This document shows, in pieces, positions 54,917 through 64,000 of a stretch of 64,000 nt of DNA. Each line of letters begins with the position of its first letter. The stretch's first letter is position 1. The notes under the pieces are model-generated. The model did no database searches. It was given only the letters and a program-made list of their open reading frames with translations, and was not told where the DNA came from. Made by a program: the position numbers and the translations under genes. The DNA comes from Bacteroidota bacterium (GTDB lineage Bacteria > Bacteroidota > Bacteroidia > B-17B0 > Aurantibacillaceae): positions 5,474 through 69,473 of the forward strand of contig JBEHXV010000020.1 in assembly GCA_048498515.1 (NCBI GenBank), written 5' to 3'.

Positions 54917-55915
54917 TTGAGAACTAAACGCTACATACTTTTTATTCTATTCAGCTTATTATTTCGGGTTTTTCATGCCCAAAGTAAACTTAATTTGTTA
55001 ACCGATACGATAGCTGTATGCGCGGGCGATTCTTTCCTTATTAAGTTTCCTGAAGATCTCGTAAGCAAATCGGCAACTTATCAATGGGCAACCCCTTATA
55101 AGATTATTGACCACGCCAAACAACTTTATGTAAAACAAAAAGGAAAATACACCGTAAAGATCTATGATGGCAGTAGAGTAATTACAGATACTACTTATGT
55201 AAAAATAAACGACATGCCAAAATTGGTAATAAGAGATACCGTTGTTTGCAGTGGGAACCTTATTACCATAAACCCAAAAACAAAATACAGGTACACATGG
55301 AGTACGGGCGAAAATAGTGAAATATTAAAAATTGATAAGCCTGGAAAATACTGGATAAAAACAAATAACAAAGGTTGTTTTTATACCGATACCTTCCGCG
55401 TTTCTTCTGCCGTTGGTACGATTCCTAATTTCGGAAAAGAATTATTGGTTTGCGAGAGCGATGCTAACAAGATTCTATCGGTAAGGGCGCCGGCCGATGT
55501 GAAATTATACTGGAATACAGGCGCCAATACACTGAATATTAATGCAACAAAGGAAGGCATATACTGGGTAAAAAGCGTTTCAAAAACATGCGGCAGTAAA
55601 ACCGATAGCGTATATGTAAAATACAAGAACTGTGATTGCGATATTTATATACCAAACAGTTTTACGCCAAATGATGATGACCGGAATGATGTATTTGCTC
55701 CTGTGTTTCAATGCGAGTATAATTATTTCGTCATGACCATATTTGACCGGTGGGGAAACACCGTGTATATAAGTAACAATGTAAATGGAAAATGGGATGG
55801 CCGTTTCAAAAATAACCCATGCCCCGACGATGTATATGTTTACCGGATCGAAGCCATTCAAAAAAGTACCGACAAAAAGATCATAAAGAATGGTCATATT
55901 TCTCTTTTCAGATAA
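54917..55915 (+). CDS. T9SS type B sorting domain (gliding-motility-associated C-terminal domain) protein
   Basis: C-terminal 'IPNSFTPN.D..ND.F.P......Y...IFDRWGN.V.......WDG.......P...YVY' is diagnostic of CHU_C/type B sorting domains. Confidence 0.8.
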   Translation: MRTKRYILFILFSLLFRVFHAQSKLNLLTDTIAVCAGDSFLIKFPEDLVSKSATYQWATPYKIIDHAKQLYVKQKGKYTVKIYDGSRVITDTTYVKINDMPKLVIRDTVVCSGNLITINPKTKYRYTWSTGENSEILKIDKPGKYWIKTNNKGCFYTDTFRVSSAVGTIPNFGKELLVCESDANKILSVRAPADVKLYWNTGANTLNINATKEGIYWVKSVSKTCGSKTDSVYVKYKNCDCDIYIPNSFTPNDDDRNDVFAPVFQCEYNYFVMTIFDRWGNTVYISNNVNGKWDGRFKNNPCPDDVYVYRIEAIQKSTDKKIIKNGHISLFR

Positions 55916-55922
55916 CCCCTCT

Positions 55923-57413
55923 ATGAAAAAAATCCTCGTATTATTCTGCCTGCTATCCACTACTCTCTCCACTTCAGCACAAACATTCACCAAAGAAGGC
56001 GAGTCAATGGAAATAAAATCAAAATATCCCAATGCCGATTTTTTGGGTTCCGATAACGAAAATTACTATGCTGTTTCCTATAACCTGGATAATAAATTCA
56101 TATTTGATTTTTTAAAAGTCAATAAAAACTCATTGTCAAAAGTTTCGCAACAACAATTAACGGTTGAATTTCAAAAATTTCATTACCTGCAGGAAACAGG
56201 AGCATGTGACCTCAATGTGTTTTTCAGGCAGGATAAAATCTATATTATATATGGGTTACTTGATACTGAAGGGAGTACTGCCGACTTTAGGATTTACATG
56301 AAAGTCCTCAATAAAAATTTTGAGATCATAAGCGATGAACAAATAGGACATATTGTTGATACCGGTTATGAAAAGCAAGGATCTTATGAAGTGGTGCTCA
56401 GTCCAGATGGCAAAACAGCCTTAGTTGTCATGAAAAATCTGTGCGAGAAAAAGAAAGCATTTGGTTATAACATGATCGTTTTTGAAAACACAGAATTAGT
56501 ATGGATTGATCTGGCAAGCGGAAAAAAGACCTTCTCGAAATTTTTACCTATTGAAGATGGCGATAAACGAATTAAAACCTCGCAATACAAATTGGCAAAC
56601 AATGGCAACCTTACATTCATCTTAATGCATTATCCTAAAAGCGACCATAGAACAACCTTTGCTTCGTATATTGGCATTAACAAATTTAAAAAAGAGGACA
56701 TTGAGGTTAATGAAATTAAATTTAATAGTACAGACAGTATCGTTTCCAATAGCCTGACACAATTGCCAAACGAAAAAGTCATTTATTTATTTAAAACAAA
56801 AAACAGGTATATCTATAAGATCATTAATGTATCTGATGGCAAAGTTGAACTTGAAAAAGAATATTCGTTACATAAATCAAAAGACGGTGAGCTCGAAACG
56901 GATGTAAAGGAAATTTTTGAGTCGGATAAACACTTTTATTTTTTGAGCCTGGGGCATATATCCACCCCTTTTTACTACGAAGAATATATGACAGCATACA
57001 AGCTAACCAAAGAAGGAGAATTTGTATGGGCACGCGTTATTCCTAAAAAAACCGCTAACCGAAAAGCTTACAGGCATATCTATTCAAAAGACTATTTTGA
57101 TGTGAAGGCGGTGCTGGAAAAAGACACATTGAAGCTTGTGTTCCTGGAACATATGGATAAACAACCCATTCAAACCGGCAATACCTTTGATTGCAGCAAA
57201 CAAATTTATACCGATGGCAATCCCATTGTAAAATCAAATGTGGTATCCTATAACCTTTCCCCGGCAGGTAATGTTTCCAAAAAAATAATTATCGCTAATA
57301 CAAAAGACCTGGGCATATCGCCCTATAATGGGTACCCTACATTACCCGATAATACTATCTTATTGAATTTCTGTGGTCCAAAAACCCTGAAATTTGCCAC
57401 TTTAAAATTGTAA
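55923..57413 (+). CDS. hypothetical secreted protein
   Basis: Signal peptide 'MKKILVLFCLLSTTLSTSAQ' at the internal ATG 55923. No family recognised. Confidence 0.5.
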   Translation: MKKILVLFCLLSTTLSTSAQTFTKEGESMEIKSKYPNADFLGSDNENYYAVSYNLDNKFIFDFLKVNKNSLSKVSQQQLTVEFQKFHYLQETGACDLNVFFRQDKIYIIYGLLDTEGSTADFRIYMKVLNKNFEIISDEQIGHIVDTGYEKQGSYEVVLSPDGKTALVVMKNLCEKKKAFGYNMIVFENTELVWIDLASGKKTFSKFLPIEDGDKRIKTSQYKLANNGNLTFILMHYPKSDHRTTFASYIGINKFKKEDIEVNEIKFNSTDSIVSNSLTQLPNEKVIYLFKTKNRYIYKIINVSDGKVELEKEYSLHKSKDGELETDVKEIFESDKHFYFLSLGHISTPFYYEEYMTAYKLTKEGEFVWARVIPKKTANRKAYRHIYSKDYFDVKAVLEKDTLKLVFLEHMDKQPIQTGNTFDCSKQIYTDGNPIVKSNVVSYNLSPAGNVSKKIIIANTKDLGISPYNGYPTLPDNTILLNFCGPKTLKFATLKL

Positions 57414-57424
57414 GATCAGAGCAG

Positions 57425-58639
57425 ATGCTTATGCAGAAAATAACACATATTGTATTATGCATATTATTTTCTATTTCTGTATTCTCTCAAACCGAACTTC
57501 AGCAAATTCGCCCGTTTGGGACTAACCCTGGCAACTTAAAATTGATGTTTTTCGACCCGGGAAACATCACACAAAAAGCTCCCTTGGTTGTGGTCCTGCA
57601 CGGCTGCACCCAAATGGCAAGTAGCTGTGCCGAGCAAACAGGCTGGAACAAGCTGGCGCAAATGCACGGTTTTTATGTGCTGTATCCGGAGCAAATCATT
57701 TTAAACAATCCTGAAAATTGTTTCAACTGGTACCGCGCCGCCGACCAGGAAAGAGACAAAGGAGAACCAGGCTCAATTATGCAAATGATTGATTATCTGA
57801 AAAAACATAAAAACATTGACAGCACACGAATTTATGTTATTGGCCTTTCGGCCGGCGGAGCCATGAGCAGTATTATGATGGCAGTATATCCTGAGGTGTT
57901 TGATAAAGGAGGCGTAATGGCAGGAGGTCCTTATAAAGGAGTCGAATCGGTTGTGAAAGCAGGACTCGGCATGTTAGGCATGATCTCTAAATCTCCTGAA
58001 GAATGGGGAGATTTGGTACGGCAACAAAATCCAAACTATAAAGGAACCTACCCCGAACTGGTAGTCTTTCATGGAGGAATTGATCCTGTTGTAAGTACCA
58101 ACAATTCTAACCAGCTTATTAAGCAATGGGTAAACATTCATCATACTGATTATGAAGAAGACGAACATTATCCCTATTTTCGAAATAATGAAGAGATTGA
58201 AGTAACCATTTATAAAAACAAACAGGAACAGGAAGTTATATGCTATTACAGAATAAGAGGAATTGGTCATGCCCTACCCGTTGATACAGGTAGCTGCTCT
58301 ACACAAGGAGGTAAAACAGGCTTATTTTCTATTAATATAGGCTTTCACAGCACCTTTTGGGCCGCTCACTTTTTTGGATTAATAAAACAACCTTACACCA
58401 TTGGGGGAGCTGCGAATGTAAAACCCGGCACAAGCGGCCTAACTTATTCCGTTCCTTACCATCAGGGATCTACTTATAAATGGACCTGCCCGGCAGGTTT
58501 CTGGATTACCGGGGACAGGAATTCCAATGCCATTACCCTTTCTGTAGATTATGAAAGCGGCTACCTGGAAGTGACAGAGGTCCTTGCCAATGGCTGTTCG
58601 CTGGAACCCTGCAGGCTTTGGGTTGACGTGAAGAATTGA
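57425..58639 (+). CDS. PHB-depolymerase-family esterase (esterase_phd/CE1-like) with a C-terminal beta-rich domain
   Basis: 'PLVVVLHGC.Q', 'NCFNW' and the nucleophile 'GLSAGGAM' are typical of the esterase/PHB depolymerase family. A signal peptide is present. Confidence 0.75.
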   Translation: MLMQKITHIVLCILFSISVFSQTELQQIRPFGTNPGNLKLMFFDPGNITQKAPLVVVLHGCTQMASSCAEQTGWNKLAQMHGFYVLYPEQIILNNPENCFNWYRAADQERDKGEPGSIMQMIDYLKKHKNIDSTRIYVIGLSAGGAMSSIMMAVYPEVFDKGGVMAGGPYKGVESVVKAGLGMLGMISKSPEEWGDLVRQQNPNYKGTYPELVVFHGGIDPVVSTNNSNQLIKQWVNIHHTDYEEDEHYPYFRNNEEIEVTIYKNKQEQEVICYYRIRGIGHALPVDTGSCSTQGGKTGLFSINIGFHSTFWAAHFFGLIKQPYTIGGAANVKPGTSGLTYSVPYHQGSTYKWTCPAGFWITGDRNSNAITLSVDYESGYLEVTEVLANGCSLEPCRLWVDVKN

Positions 58640-58761
58640 TTTTGATGAGAATGACCTGTATCATCAGGTAGCTTCCTAACGGATTGTAATAGCCCAAGTA
58701 AATCAAGAAATATTTCATTTTTTAACAAAAAGCCTTTAAATTCACCTAGTTATATTTTCAG

Positions 58762-59844
58762 GTGACCTTAAGAAAAATACTCCTCTTTCCATTCGCTGTT
58801 ATTTATGGCATCATTACCTCATTTCGTAATTTGCTGTATGATTGGAAGTTCCTGAAATCCAAGCCGGTAGATGTACAAACCATTTGCGTAGGCAACCTTG
58901 CTGTGGGTGGTACAGGCAAAACACCTCATGTTGAACATATCATACGTCTTTTACAAGCCGACTATAAGATGGCCACGCTAAGCCGTGGGTATAAACGAAC
59001 GTCATCCGGCTTTATGTTGGCTAACGAAAACAGCAAGGCAAGCGATATTGGCGATGAGCCATTGCAGTATAAAACTAAAAATCCGCAGCTTATGGTTGCC
59101 GTAGATGCTAACCGGGTTAATGGTATAAAAAAATTAACAGAGTTGCCCGAATCGCCACAAGTTGTAGTGCTCGATGATGCTTTTCAGCACAGGGCGTTGA
59201 AGTGTGAGCTGAACATTGTGGTAAGCGAGTACAACAACTTATACATTAACGATTGCATGATGCCCGCGGGTTATTTGCGCGAATCTAAAAAAGGCATTAA
59301 CAGGGCCGACATTATTGTGATAAGCAAAACGCCTGAAAAAACCACGGCAGTCGAGATCAGGAACCTTATCAAAGACCTAAAACCCCTGGCACACCAGCAT
59401 TTGTTCTTTACCTGGCTTAAATACGGGGAACTCTATGGCTTTCAAAATCCGTCCGAAACCATCGATACGCTTAACGACCTGTTCCGATACAGGATAGTTG
59501 CCTTTACCGGCATAGGAAACCCCGAGCCAATGATTACTTATCTGAAAGAGTATTCGTCAAGCGTAAGGCATATTCAGTATCCCGATCATCATAACTTTAC
59601 ATTACAAAACATAGTTGACATAAGAGCGGAACTTGACGCCATTGAAGGTGGTAATAAAATTGTGGTAACTACCGAAAAAGATGCCATGCGATTAAAGGGA
59701 ACAGATTTGGAGGATATAACAAATAGCTTACCTTTGTACGTTCTGCCGATTGAGGTGGATTTTAAAGATAAAACACAGGAATTTAACGATATTATATTAA
59801 ACTATGTTAGAACAAATAAATTTTACCACAAAAAGTATTCTTGA
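58762..59844 (+). CDS. lpxK: tetraacyldisaccharide 4'-kinase
   Basis: 'VGN...GGTGKTP' P-loop, 'LSRGY.R' and 'DD.FQH' motifs. GTG start. Confidence 0.85.
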   Translation: MTLRKILLFPFAVIYGIITSFRNLLYDWKFLKSKPVDVQTICVGNLAVGGTGKTPHVEHIIRLLQADYKMATLSRGYKRTSSGFMLANENSKASDIGDEPLQYKTKNPQLMVAVDANRVNGIKKLTELPESPQVVVLDDAFQHRALKCELNIVVSEYNNLYINDCMMPAGYLRESKKGINRADIIVISKTPEKTTAVEIRNLIKDLKPLAHQHLFFTWLKYGELYGFQNPSETIDTLNDLFRYRIVAFTGIGNPEPMITYLKEYSSSVRHIQYPDHHNFTLQNIVDIRAELDAIEGGNKIVVTTEKDAMRLKGTDLEDITNSLPLYVLPIEVDFKDKTQEFNDIILNYVRTNKFYHKKYS

Positions 59845-60619
59845 TAAAACAAATAACTTTCGTCCCGAAGTTGGGATCATTTTAGGAACCGGATTAGGTG
59901 GCTTAGTAAAAGAAATCAGCGCGGAGTTTGTAATACCTTACGAAGAAATTCCAAATTTCCCGGTTAGTACAGTTGAAGGACATAGCGGCAAATTAATTTT
60001 TGGTGAACTTGGGGGTAAAAAAGTAATGGCTATGCAGGGCCGTTTTCATTTTTACGAAGGCTACACCATGCAGCAAATAACCTTTCCTGTTCGTGTAATG
60101 AAAGCCCTTGGCATACACACCGTATGCGTATCCAACGCCAGTGGTGGCATGAACCCCGCGTTTGAGATTGGTGAGATCATGATCATTAACGACCACATTA
60201 ACTTATTTCCCACAAACCCGTTAATAGGCAAAAACATTGCAGAGCTGGGGCCCCGCTTTCCGGACATGAGTGAACCTTATGACAAAAAACTCATTGCATC
60301 GGCGCTTGAAATTGCAAAGGCAAACAACATCAGGGTAGCGCAAGGCTGCTATGCTGGCTTAACAGGCCCTTGTTTTGAAACACCGGCCGAGTACCGCTAC
60401 ATTAGCCGCATTGGGGCCGATGCCGTTGGCATGAGCACTGTACCCGAAGTAATTGTAGCCAAACATGGTGGCATGCGCGTATTTGGCGTGAGTATTGTAA
60501 CCGATTTGGGAGTGGAAGGAAAAATAATTGAAGTGACGCATGAAGAAGTTCAGCACATTGCAGCCGCAGCGGAACCTAAAATGAGTCTTATTGTAAAAGA
60601 AGTAATCCGTTCGATGTAA
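59804..60619 (+). CDS. purine nucleoside phosphorylase (trimeric PNP family)
   Basis: 'GIILGTGLG', 'GHSGKL.FG.L.GK.V..MQGRFH.YEGY' and 'GMSTVPE'. Overlaps the lpxK 3' end by 41 nt. Confidence 0.9.
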   Translation: MLEQINFTTKSILDKTNNFRPEVGIILGTGLGGLVKEISAEFVIPYEEIPNFPVSTVEGHSGKLIFGELGGKKVMAMQGRFHFYEGYTMQQITFPVRVMKALGIHTVCVSNASGGMNPAFEIGEIMIINDHINLFPTNPLIGKNIAELGPRFPDMSEPYDKKLIASALEIAKANNIRVAQGCYAGLTGPCFETPAEYRYISRIGADAVGMSTVPEVIVAKHGGMRVFGVSIVTDLGVEGKIIEVTHEEVQHIAAAAEPKMSLIVKEVIRSM

Positions 60620-60637
60620 AAAATATGATTACCGGTC

Positions 60638-60702
60638 ATTACGGATATACGAGCGTGTTTGCGTATAGTAATGGATTTGTAATTTCGTACAAAATTCGCA
60701 AT
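60638..60702. repeat. degenerate TACGAAT-like inverted heptamer cluster
   Basis: TACGGAT, TACGAGC ... TTCGTAC, ATTCGCA. It resembles a decayed version of 40921-41000. Confidence 0.35.
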
Positions 60703-60719
60703 CATTTAACAATCAAAAA

Positions 60720-62870
60720 ATGAAACAAACTCTACTGGCATTAACCTTAGTCATCTCTTTAATTTCAAAAGCCGATGAAGGCATGTGGCTTCCACAACTT
60801 TTAAATGCCATGAACATAAAAGACATGAAAAAAAATGGCTTAAAGTTAACGGCTGAACAAATTTACAGCGTCAACAAATCAAGCCTTAAAGATGCTATTG
60901 TTCAGTTTGGAGGTGGTTGCACTGCCGAGATCATTTCCAACCAGGGATTGATCCTTACCAATCACCATTGCGGATATTCTTCCATTGCATACCATAGCAC
61001 TGTGGAAAAAGATTATTTAACTCATGGCTTTTGGGCTATGAATAAGAACGAAGAAGTTTATACGCCAAATTTAACCGCCACCATTATCCAGCGCATAGAA
61101 GATGTAACCGCCAAAGTCATGAAAGGCATTACAGGCACCATGACCGAAACAAAAAAAGATTCGATCACCAAAGCAAACATTAAACAGCTTGAAAAAGATG
61201 CCGTAGCCGGTACACATTACGACTCCTTTATCCGTCCTTTCTTTTATGGTAACGAGTATTACTTATTTGTGGTTGAAACCTTCAAAGACGTTCGCATGGT
61301 AGGCGCTCCTCCATCCGACATTGGTAAATTTGGCGGCGAAACCGATAACTGGATGTGGCCACGACATAACGCCGACTTTTCGGTGTTTCGTATCTATGCC
61401 GGCAAGGATAACAAACCGGCCGAATACAGCAAAGACAATGTACCTTATACGCCAAAAAATGTGATCCCAATTAATTTAAAGGGCTATAAAGAAGGCGATT
61501 TTACCATGGTTTATGGTTTCCCCGGAAGAACACAGGAATACCTGTCGAGCTACGCGGTTGACATGATTATGAACGAAAGCGATCCTTTAAAAGTATCGTT
61601 ACGTGAAAAACGCCTTAATATTATGAATGTGGACATGCTGCAAAGCGATGCCGTTCGCATTGCATATGCCAGCAAATATGCCAGCGTTGCCAACTATTAT
61701 AAAAAATGGATGGGCGAAATGAATGGCCTAAAAAACTACGATGCCGTTACAAAAAAACAATTGTTCGAAAAACAATTCAACGAAGTCATTAGTACCGACG
61801 CTGCAAAAAAAGAGAAATACGGAAACATCTTTCCGCAATTGCAAAAAATATACGCCGAATACCGGGTACTCAACAAACAGGTTGATTATTATAGCGAATG
61901 CTTAATGGCTATTGACGCTTTTGTATACGCGCGCACGTACACTAACTTAATAGCAGAACTTAAGAAAAAGCAAAAAGGCCTCAGCAATACGTATGAAACC
62001 AGCTTAAGTGAATATAAAAAACTGGGATTCTTTAAAGGCTACAACAAACCTACTGATATTAAGATTTGTGAAGCCATGTTAACCGAATACATAAAAGGTG
62101 TACCATCCAATAACCGCCCTTATGTATTGGATTCGTTTATTGTAGCAAATAATAACGATGCCAAAAAGATCACTACTTTCCTTTTCAACAACACCAACTT
62201 TGTAGACAAAGAAAAGGCAGAAGTTATGCTGAATGATTTTGAAAAATACACCAATTTGTATGAAAGAGATCCCGTGTTTTATATCACCAGCGCTATTGTA
62301 AAATATTATTCGGTATCGGTGTTCCCTCAATTCCAATACGACGAAAGAGAAATTAACGAATTGCAAAAATTATACATCCAGGGGCAGCAGGAAATTTTTA
62401 AGGATAAAAAATTCTATCCCGATGCCAACTCTACCCTGCGGGTGGCTTATGGCAAAGTAAACCATTACAACCCGAAAGATGGGGTTGAGTACAATTACTT
62501 TACCACGCTCGACGGGATCATGCAAAAAGAAATTCCGGGTGACGAGGAGTTTAATGTTCCGCCAAAATTGAAAGAGCTATACGCTAAAAAAGATTATGGC
62601 CAATATGCCGATAAGGACGGAAAATTACACGTGGCCTTTACCGCCAGCAACCATACTACCGGCGGCAACAGCGGTAGCCCTGTGTTTAATGGCAAAGGCG
62701 AGTTGATAGGTACTAACTTCGACCGTAACTGGGAAGGCACCATGAGCGATATTATGTACAACCCTAACCAGTGCCGCAACATTACACTCGATGTGCGTTA
62801 CACATTGTTCATCATTGATAAATTTGCCGGCGCCGGTTATTTATTAAATGAAATGAAACTGGTGAAGTAG
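60720..62870 (+). CDS. S46 family peptidase (dipeptidyl-peptidase 7/11-like)
   Basis: 'ADEGMWLP' after the signal peptide, 'TNHHCG' catalytic His, and 'GGNSGSPV' catalytic Ser. Confidence 0.9.
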   Translation: MKQTLLALTLVISLISKADEGMWLPQLLNAMNIKDMKKNGLKLTAEQIYSVNKSSLKDAIVQFGGGCTAEIISNQGLILTNHHCGYSSIAYHSTVEKDYLTHGFWAMNKNEEVYTPNLTATIIQRIEDVTAKVMKGITGTMTETKKDSITKANIKQLEKDAVAGTHYDSFIRPFFYGNEYYLFVVETFKDVRMVGAPPSDIGKFGGETDNWMWPRHNADFSVFRIYAGKDNKPAEYSKDNVPYTPKNVIPINLKGYKEGDFTMVYGFPGRTQEYLSSYAVDMIMNESDPLKVSLREKRLNIMNVDMLQSDAVRIAYASKYASVANYYKKWMGEMNGLKNYDAVTKKQLFEKQFNEVISTDAAKKEKYGNIFPQLQKIYAEYRVLNKQVDYYSECLMAIDAFVYARTYTNLIAELKKKQKGLSNTYETSLSEYKKLGFFKGYNKPTDIKICEAMLTEYIKGVPSNNRPYVLDSFIVANNNDAKKITTFLFNNTNFVDKEKAEVMLNDFEKYTNLYERDPVFYITSAIVKYYSVSVFPQFQYDEREINELQKLYIQGQQEIFKDKKFYPDANSTLRVAYGKVNHYNPKDGVEYNYFTTLDGIMQKEIPGDEEFNVPPKLKELYAKKDYGQYADKDGKLHVAFTASNHTTGGNSGSPVFNGKGELIGTNFDRNWEGTMSDIMYNPNQCRNITLDVRYTLFIIDKFAGAGYLLNEMKLVK

Positions 62871-62900
62871 TTTTTATTATCAAATGTTCTAAATTTGAAC

Positions 62901-62957
62901 GTCATGCTGAACTTGATTCAGCATCTCATGAGACCCTGAATCAAGTTCAGGGTGACG
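62901..62957. repeat. REP-like intergenic element with a 14-bp perfect inverted repeat
   Basis: TGAACTTGATTCAG (62908-62921) and CTGAATCAAGTTCA (62936-62949) are perfect reverse complements. The left half recurs at 31910-31949. Confidence 0.75.
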
Positions 62958-62990
62958 ATTAATCTCATTTCCAGCGTTGTAAAAAGAGTT

Positions 62991-63395
62991 TTACTCCCTT
63001 GTGATCAACAAATGCCTTAAACTCAATACGTCGTTTTTATTGGAAATAAGCTGGATAAAATGAAACCCGTATTGCGTGTCAAAAACCTCCGAAACTTCAC
63101 CCGGCTTTAATTTAAAAGCCACTGCTTCAAACTCAGGCACCATTTGCCCGCGAACAATATTATTATATAACCCGCCGTTTGGCGCTGAGCCCGGGTCTTC
63201 GCTATACAATTTGGCAATGGAAGCCATGCTCTCCCCTCTTAAAACCCGTTGGCGGTAATACTCTGCCAGCTTCTTTGCATCTTTTTTCATGGCAACCAGT
63301 CTGGTTTCTTTAACCAAATTTCCGGCAAAAGGCCTGAATGATGCTAACAAGAGGCCCGATGCCGCCAAAAGAAGGATGTTTTTCATGCTTACCAT
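62991..63395 (-). CDS. PpiC/parvulin-type peptidyl-prolyl isomerase
   Basis: Signal peptide and 'G.M..EFE.VAF.LK.GE.S.V..T.YGFH.I'. Confidence 0.75.
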   Translation of the reverse strand: MVSMKNILLLAASGLLLASFRPFAGNLVKETRLVAMKKDAKKLAEYYRQRVLRGESMASIAKLYSEDPGSAPNGGLYNNIVRGQMVPEFEAVAFKLKPGEVSEVFDTQYGFHFIQLISNKNDVLSLRHLLITRE

Positions 63396-63463
63396 AGCTT
63401 AAATTTAAGCTAAAACCGGAAAATAAGGCCCATTTTTACACAATTTCTTCAAAAAACTTACCT

Positions 63464-63769
63464 ATGTGTGAATATCACGAAAGTCGGATTGTATGCGCCA
63501 CGCTTATGACCGAACTTTGTACCATGATAACAATTTACGATTACGCAAAACTTAGCGCAGAAGAAAAAGAAGAGCTGTTAAAAACCCAGGCCCTGTTTGT
63601 AGATCAGTATAATGATGACGAAGTCCTCATCCAGATCTATTTTTTAAATGATTTTTTTATTGAAGTAACCATTAAAGACGGAAAGGTAACCGATAATATT
63701 CCCTATCAACGGGGCTATAAGACTACAGATATTCTAAAGCTTCATCAAAAATACTGTTTGGCAGCGTAA
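63464..63769 (+). CDS. hypothetical protein (start possibly ATG 63524)
   Basis: Small ORF followed by a terminator. No family recognised. Confidence 0.4.
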   Translation: MCEYHESRIVCATLMTELCTMITIYDYAKLSAEEKEELLKTQALFVDQYNDDEVLIQIYFLNDFFIEVTIKDGKVTDNIPYQRGYKTTDILKLHQKYCLAA

Positions 63770-63780
63770 CGCTCCTCCCC

Positions 63781-63820
63781 AAACCTGCGGTACCTCCTGG
63801 GCCGCGGGTTTTTTGTTTTT
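63781..63820 (+). terminator. rho-independent terminator
   Basis: AAACCTGCGG-tacctcctggg-CCGCGGGTTT (one G-U pair) followed by a T-run. Confidence 0.6.
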
Positions 63821-63828
63821 ACAAGGTT

Positions 63829-64000
63829 TTAATTCGTTGCGTTATACAGATCAATGGTTTTGTCGTATAACTTATCGCGGCGGTTCTTTAAAATTTTTGA
63901 AGTAATGGGTAAGGTTAAGGTACCTAAAAAACTTAAACCTGCATTTACATACGAACCCGTGCTCACGCTCCCATTCTGTGCCTCCTTAAAGCAGGTAAAT
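63829..64000 (-). CDS. 3' end of an unidentified minus-strand gene running off the window
   Basis: Hand translation of the minus strand is open from 64000 to a TAA at 63831-63829 (...GSYVNAGLSFLGTLTLPITSKILKNRRDKLYDKTIDLYNATN*). It is not in the ORF track because no start lies in the window. Confidence 0.3.
   Translation of the reverse strand, partial: FTCFKEAQNGSVSTGSYVNAGLSFLGTLTLPITSKILKNRRDKLYDKTIDLYNATN

Noticed and set aside
59804-59844. The 41-nt overlap between lpxK and the PNP gene might signal a frameshift or a gene fusion.
   Set aside because: Both proteins have complete, normal-length termini, and an internal later start for PNP is also possible. An overlap of this size is not unusual.
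1-64000. I looked for CRISPR arrays, tRNA or rRNA genes, transposases, integrases and prophage genes.
   Set aside because: No regularly spaced direct repeats, cloverleaf-like sequences, or recombinase or transposase motifs were recognised by eye. Small RNAs cannot be excluded without tRNAscan or Infernal.

Overview
The window looks like a chromosomal segment from a Bacteroidota genome, possibly Sphingobacteriia or Chitinophagia. Support for this: T9SS type A and type B C-terminal sorting domains, S46/DPP7 and S9/DPP4 peptidases, TAnnTTTG-type -7 promoter boxes, and start codons that mostly lack Shine-Dalgarno sequences. All product calls come from motif and family recognition by eye, because no searches could be run.

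Layout:
- 1-4.1 kb: housekeeping genes (pdxJ, DCC-type oxidoreductase, MazG-like, OmpH/Skp).
- 4.2-26.9 kb: a glycan (O-antigen-like) biosynthesis locus of about 22.6 kb, almost entirely on the minus strand. It has Wzm/Wzt ABC export, a WaaL-like ligase-family protein, a PglC-like initiating transferase, two DegT-type aminotransferases, about 10-12 glycosyltransferases including a GT11 fucosyltransferase, a methyltransferase, a hexapeptide acyltransferase, and two FemAB-like genes next to a deacetylase-like gene.
- 27-32.7 kb: OmpA-family and beta-barrel proteins, a T9SS-secreted M43 metalloprotease, and an orphan OmpR-type regulator.
- 32.7-38.5 kb: a SAM-I-like riboswitch and terminator leading a SAM-methyltransferase/metH/cupin operon.
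- 38.5-48.2 kb: envelope, peptidase and lipase genes.
- 48.4-58.6 kb: a LytTR response regulator, a propeller histidine kinase, a PIN toxin-antitoxin pair and T9SS-related genes.
- 58.8-64 kb: lpxK, purine nucleoside phosphorylase, S46 peptidase and a parvulin.

The most unusual observation is inside metH. A 465-nt (155-codon) cassette encodes an apparently intact DUF559 (Vsr-like) endonuclease domain. It is bounded by ~38-nt imperfect terminal inverted repeats that are each hairpins, and it sits perfectly in frame in the AdoMet-reactivation domain of cobalamin-dependent methionine synthase. It has no internal ATG or stop and no intein signatures. This looks like a non-splicing mobile element inserted as a protein domain.

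No rRNA, tRNA, CRISPR array, transposase or integrase was recognised.
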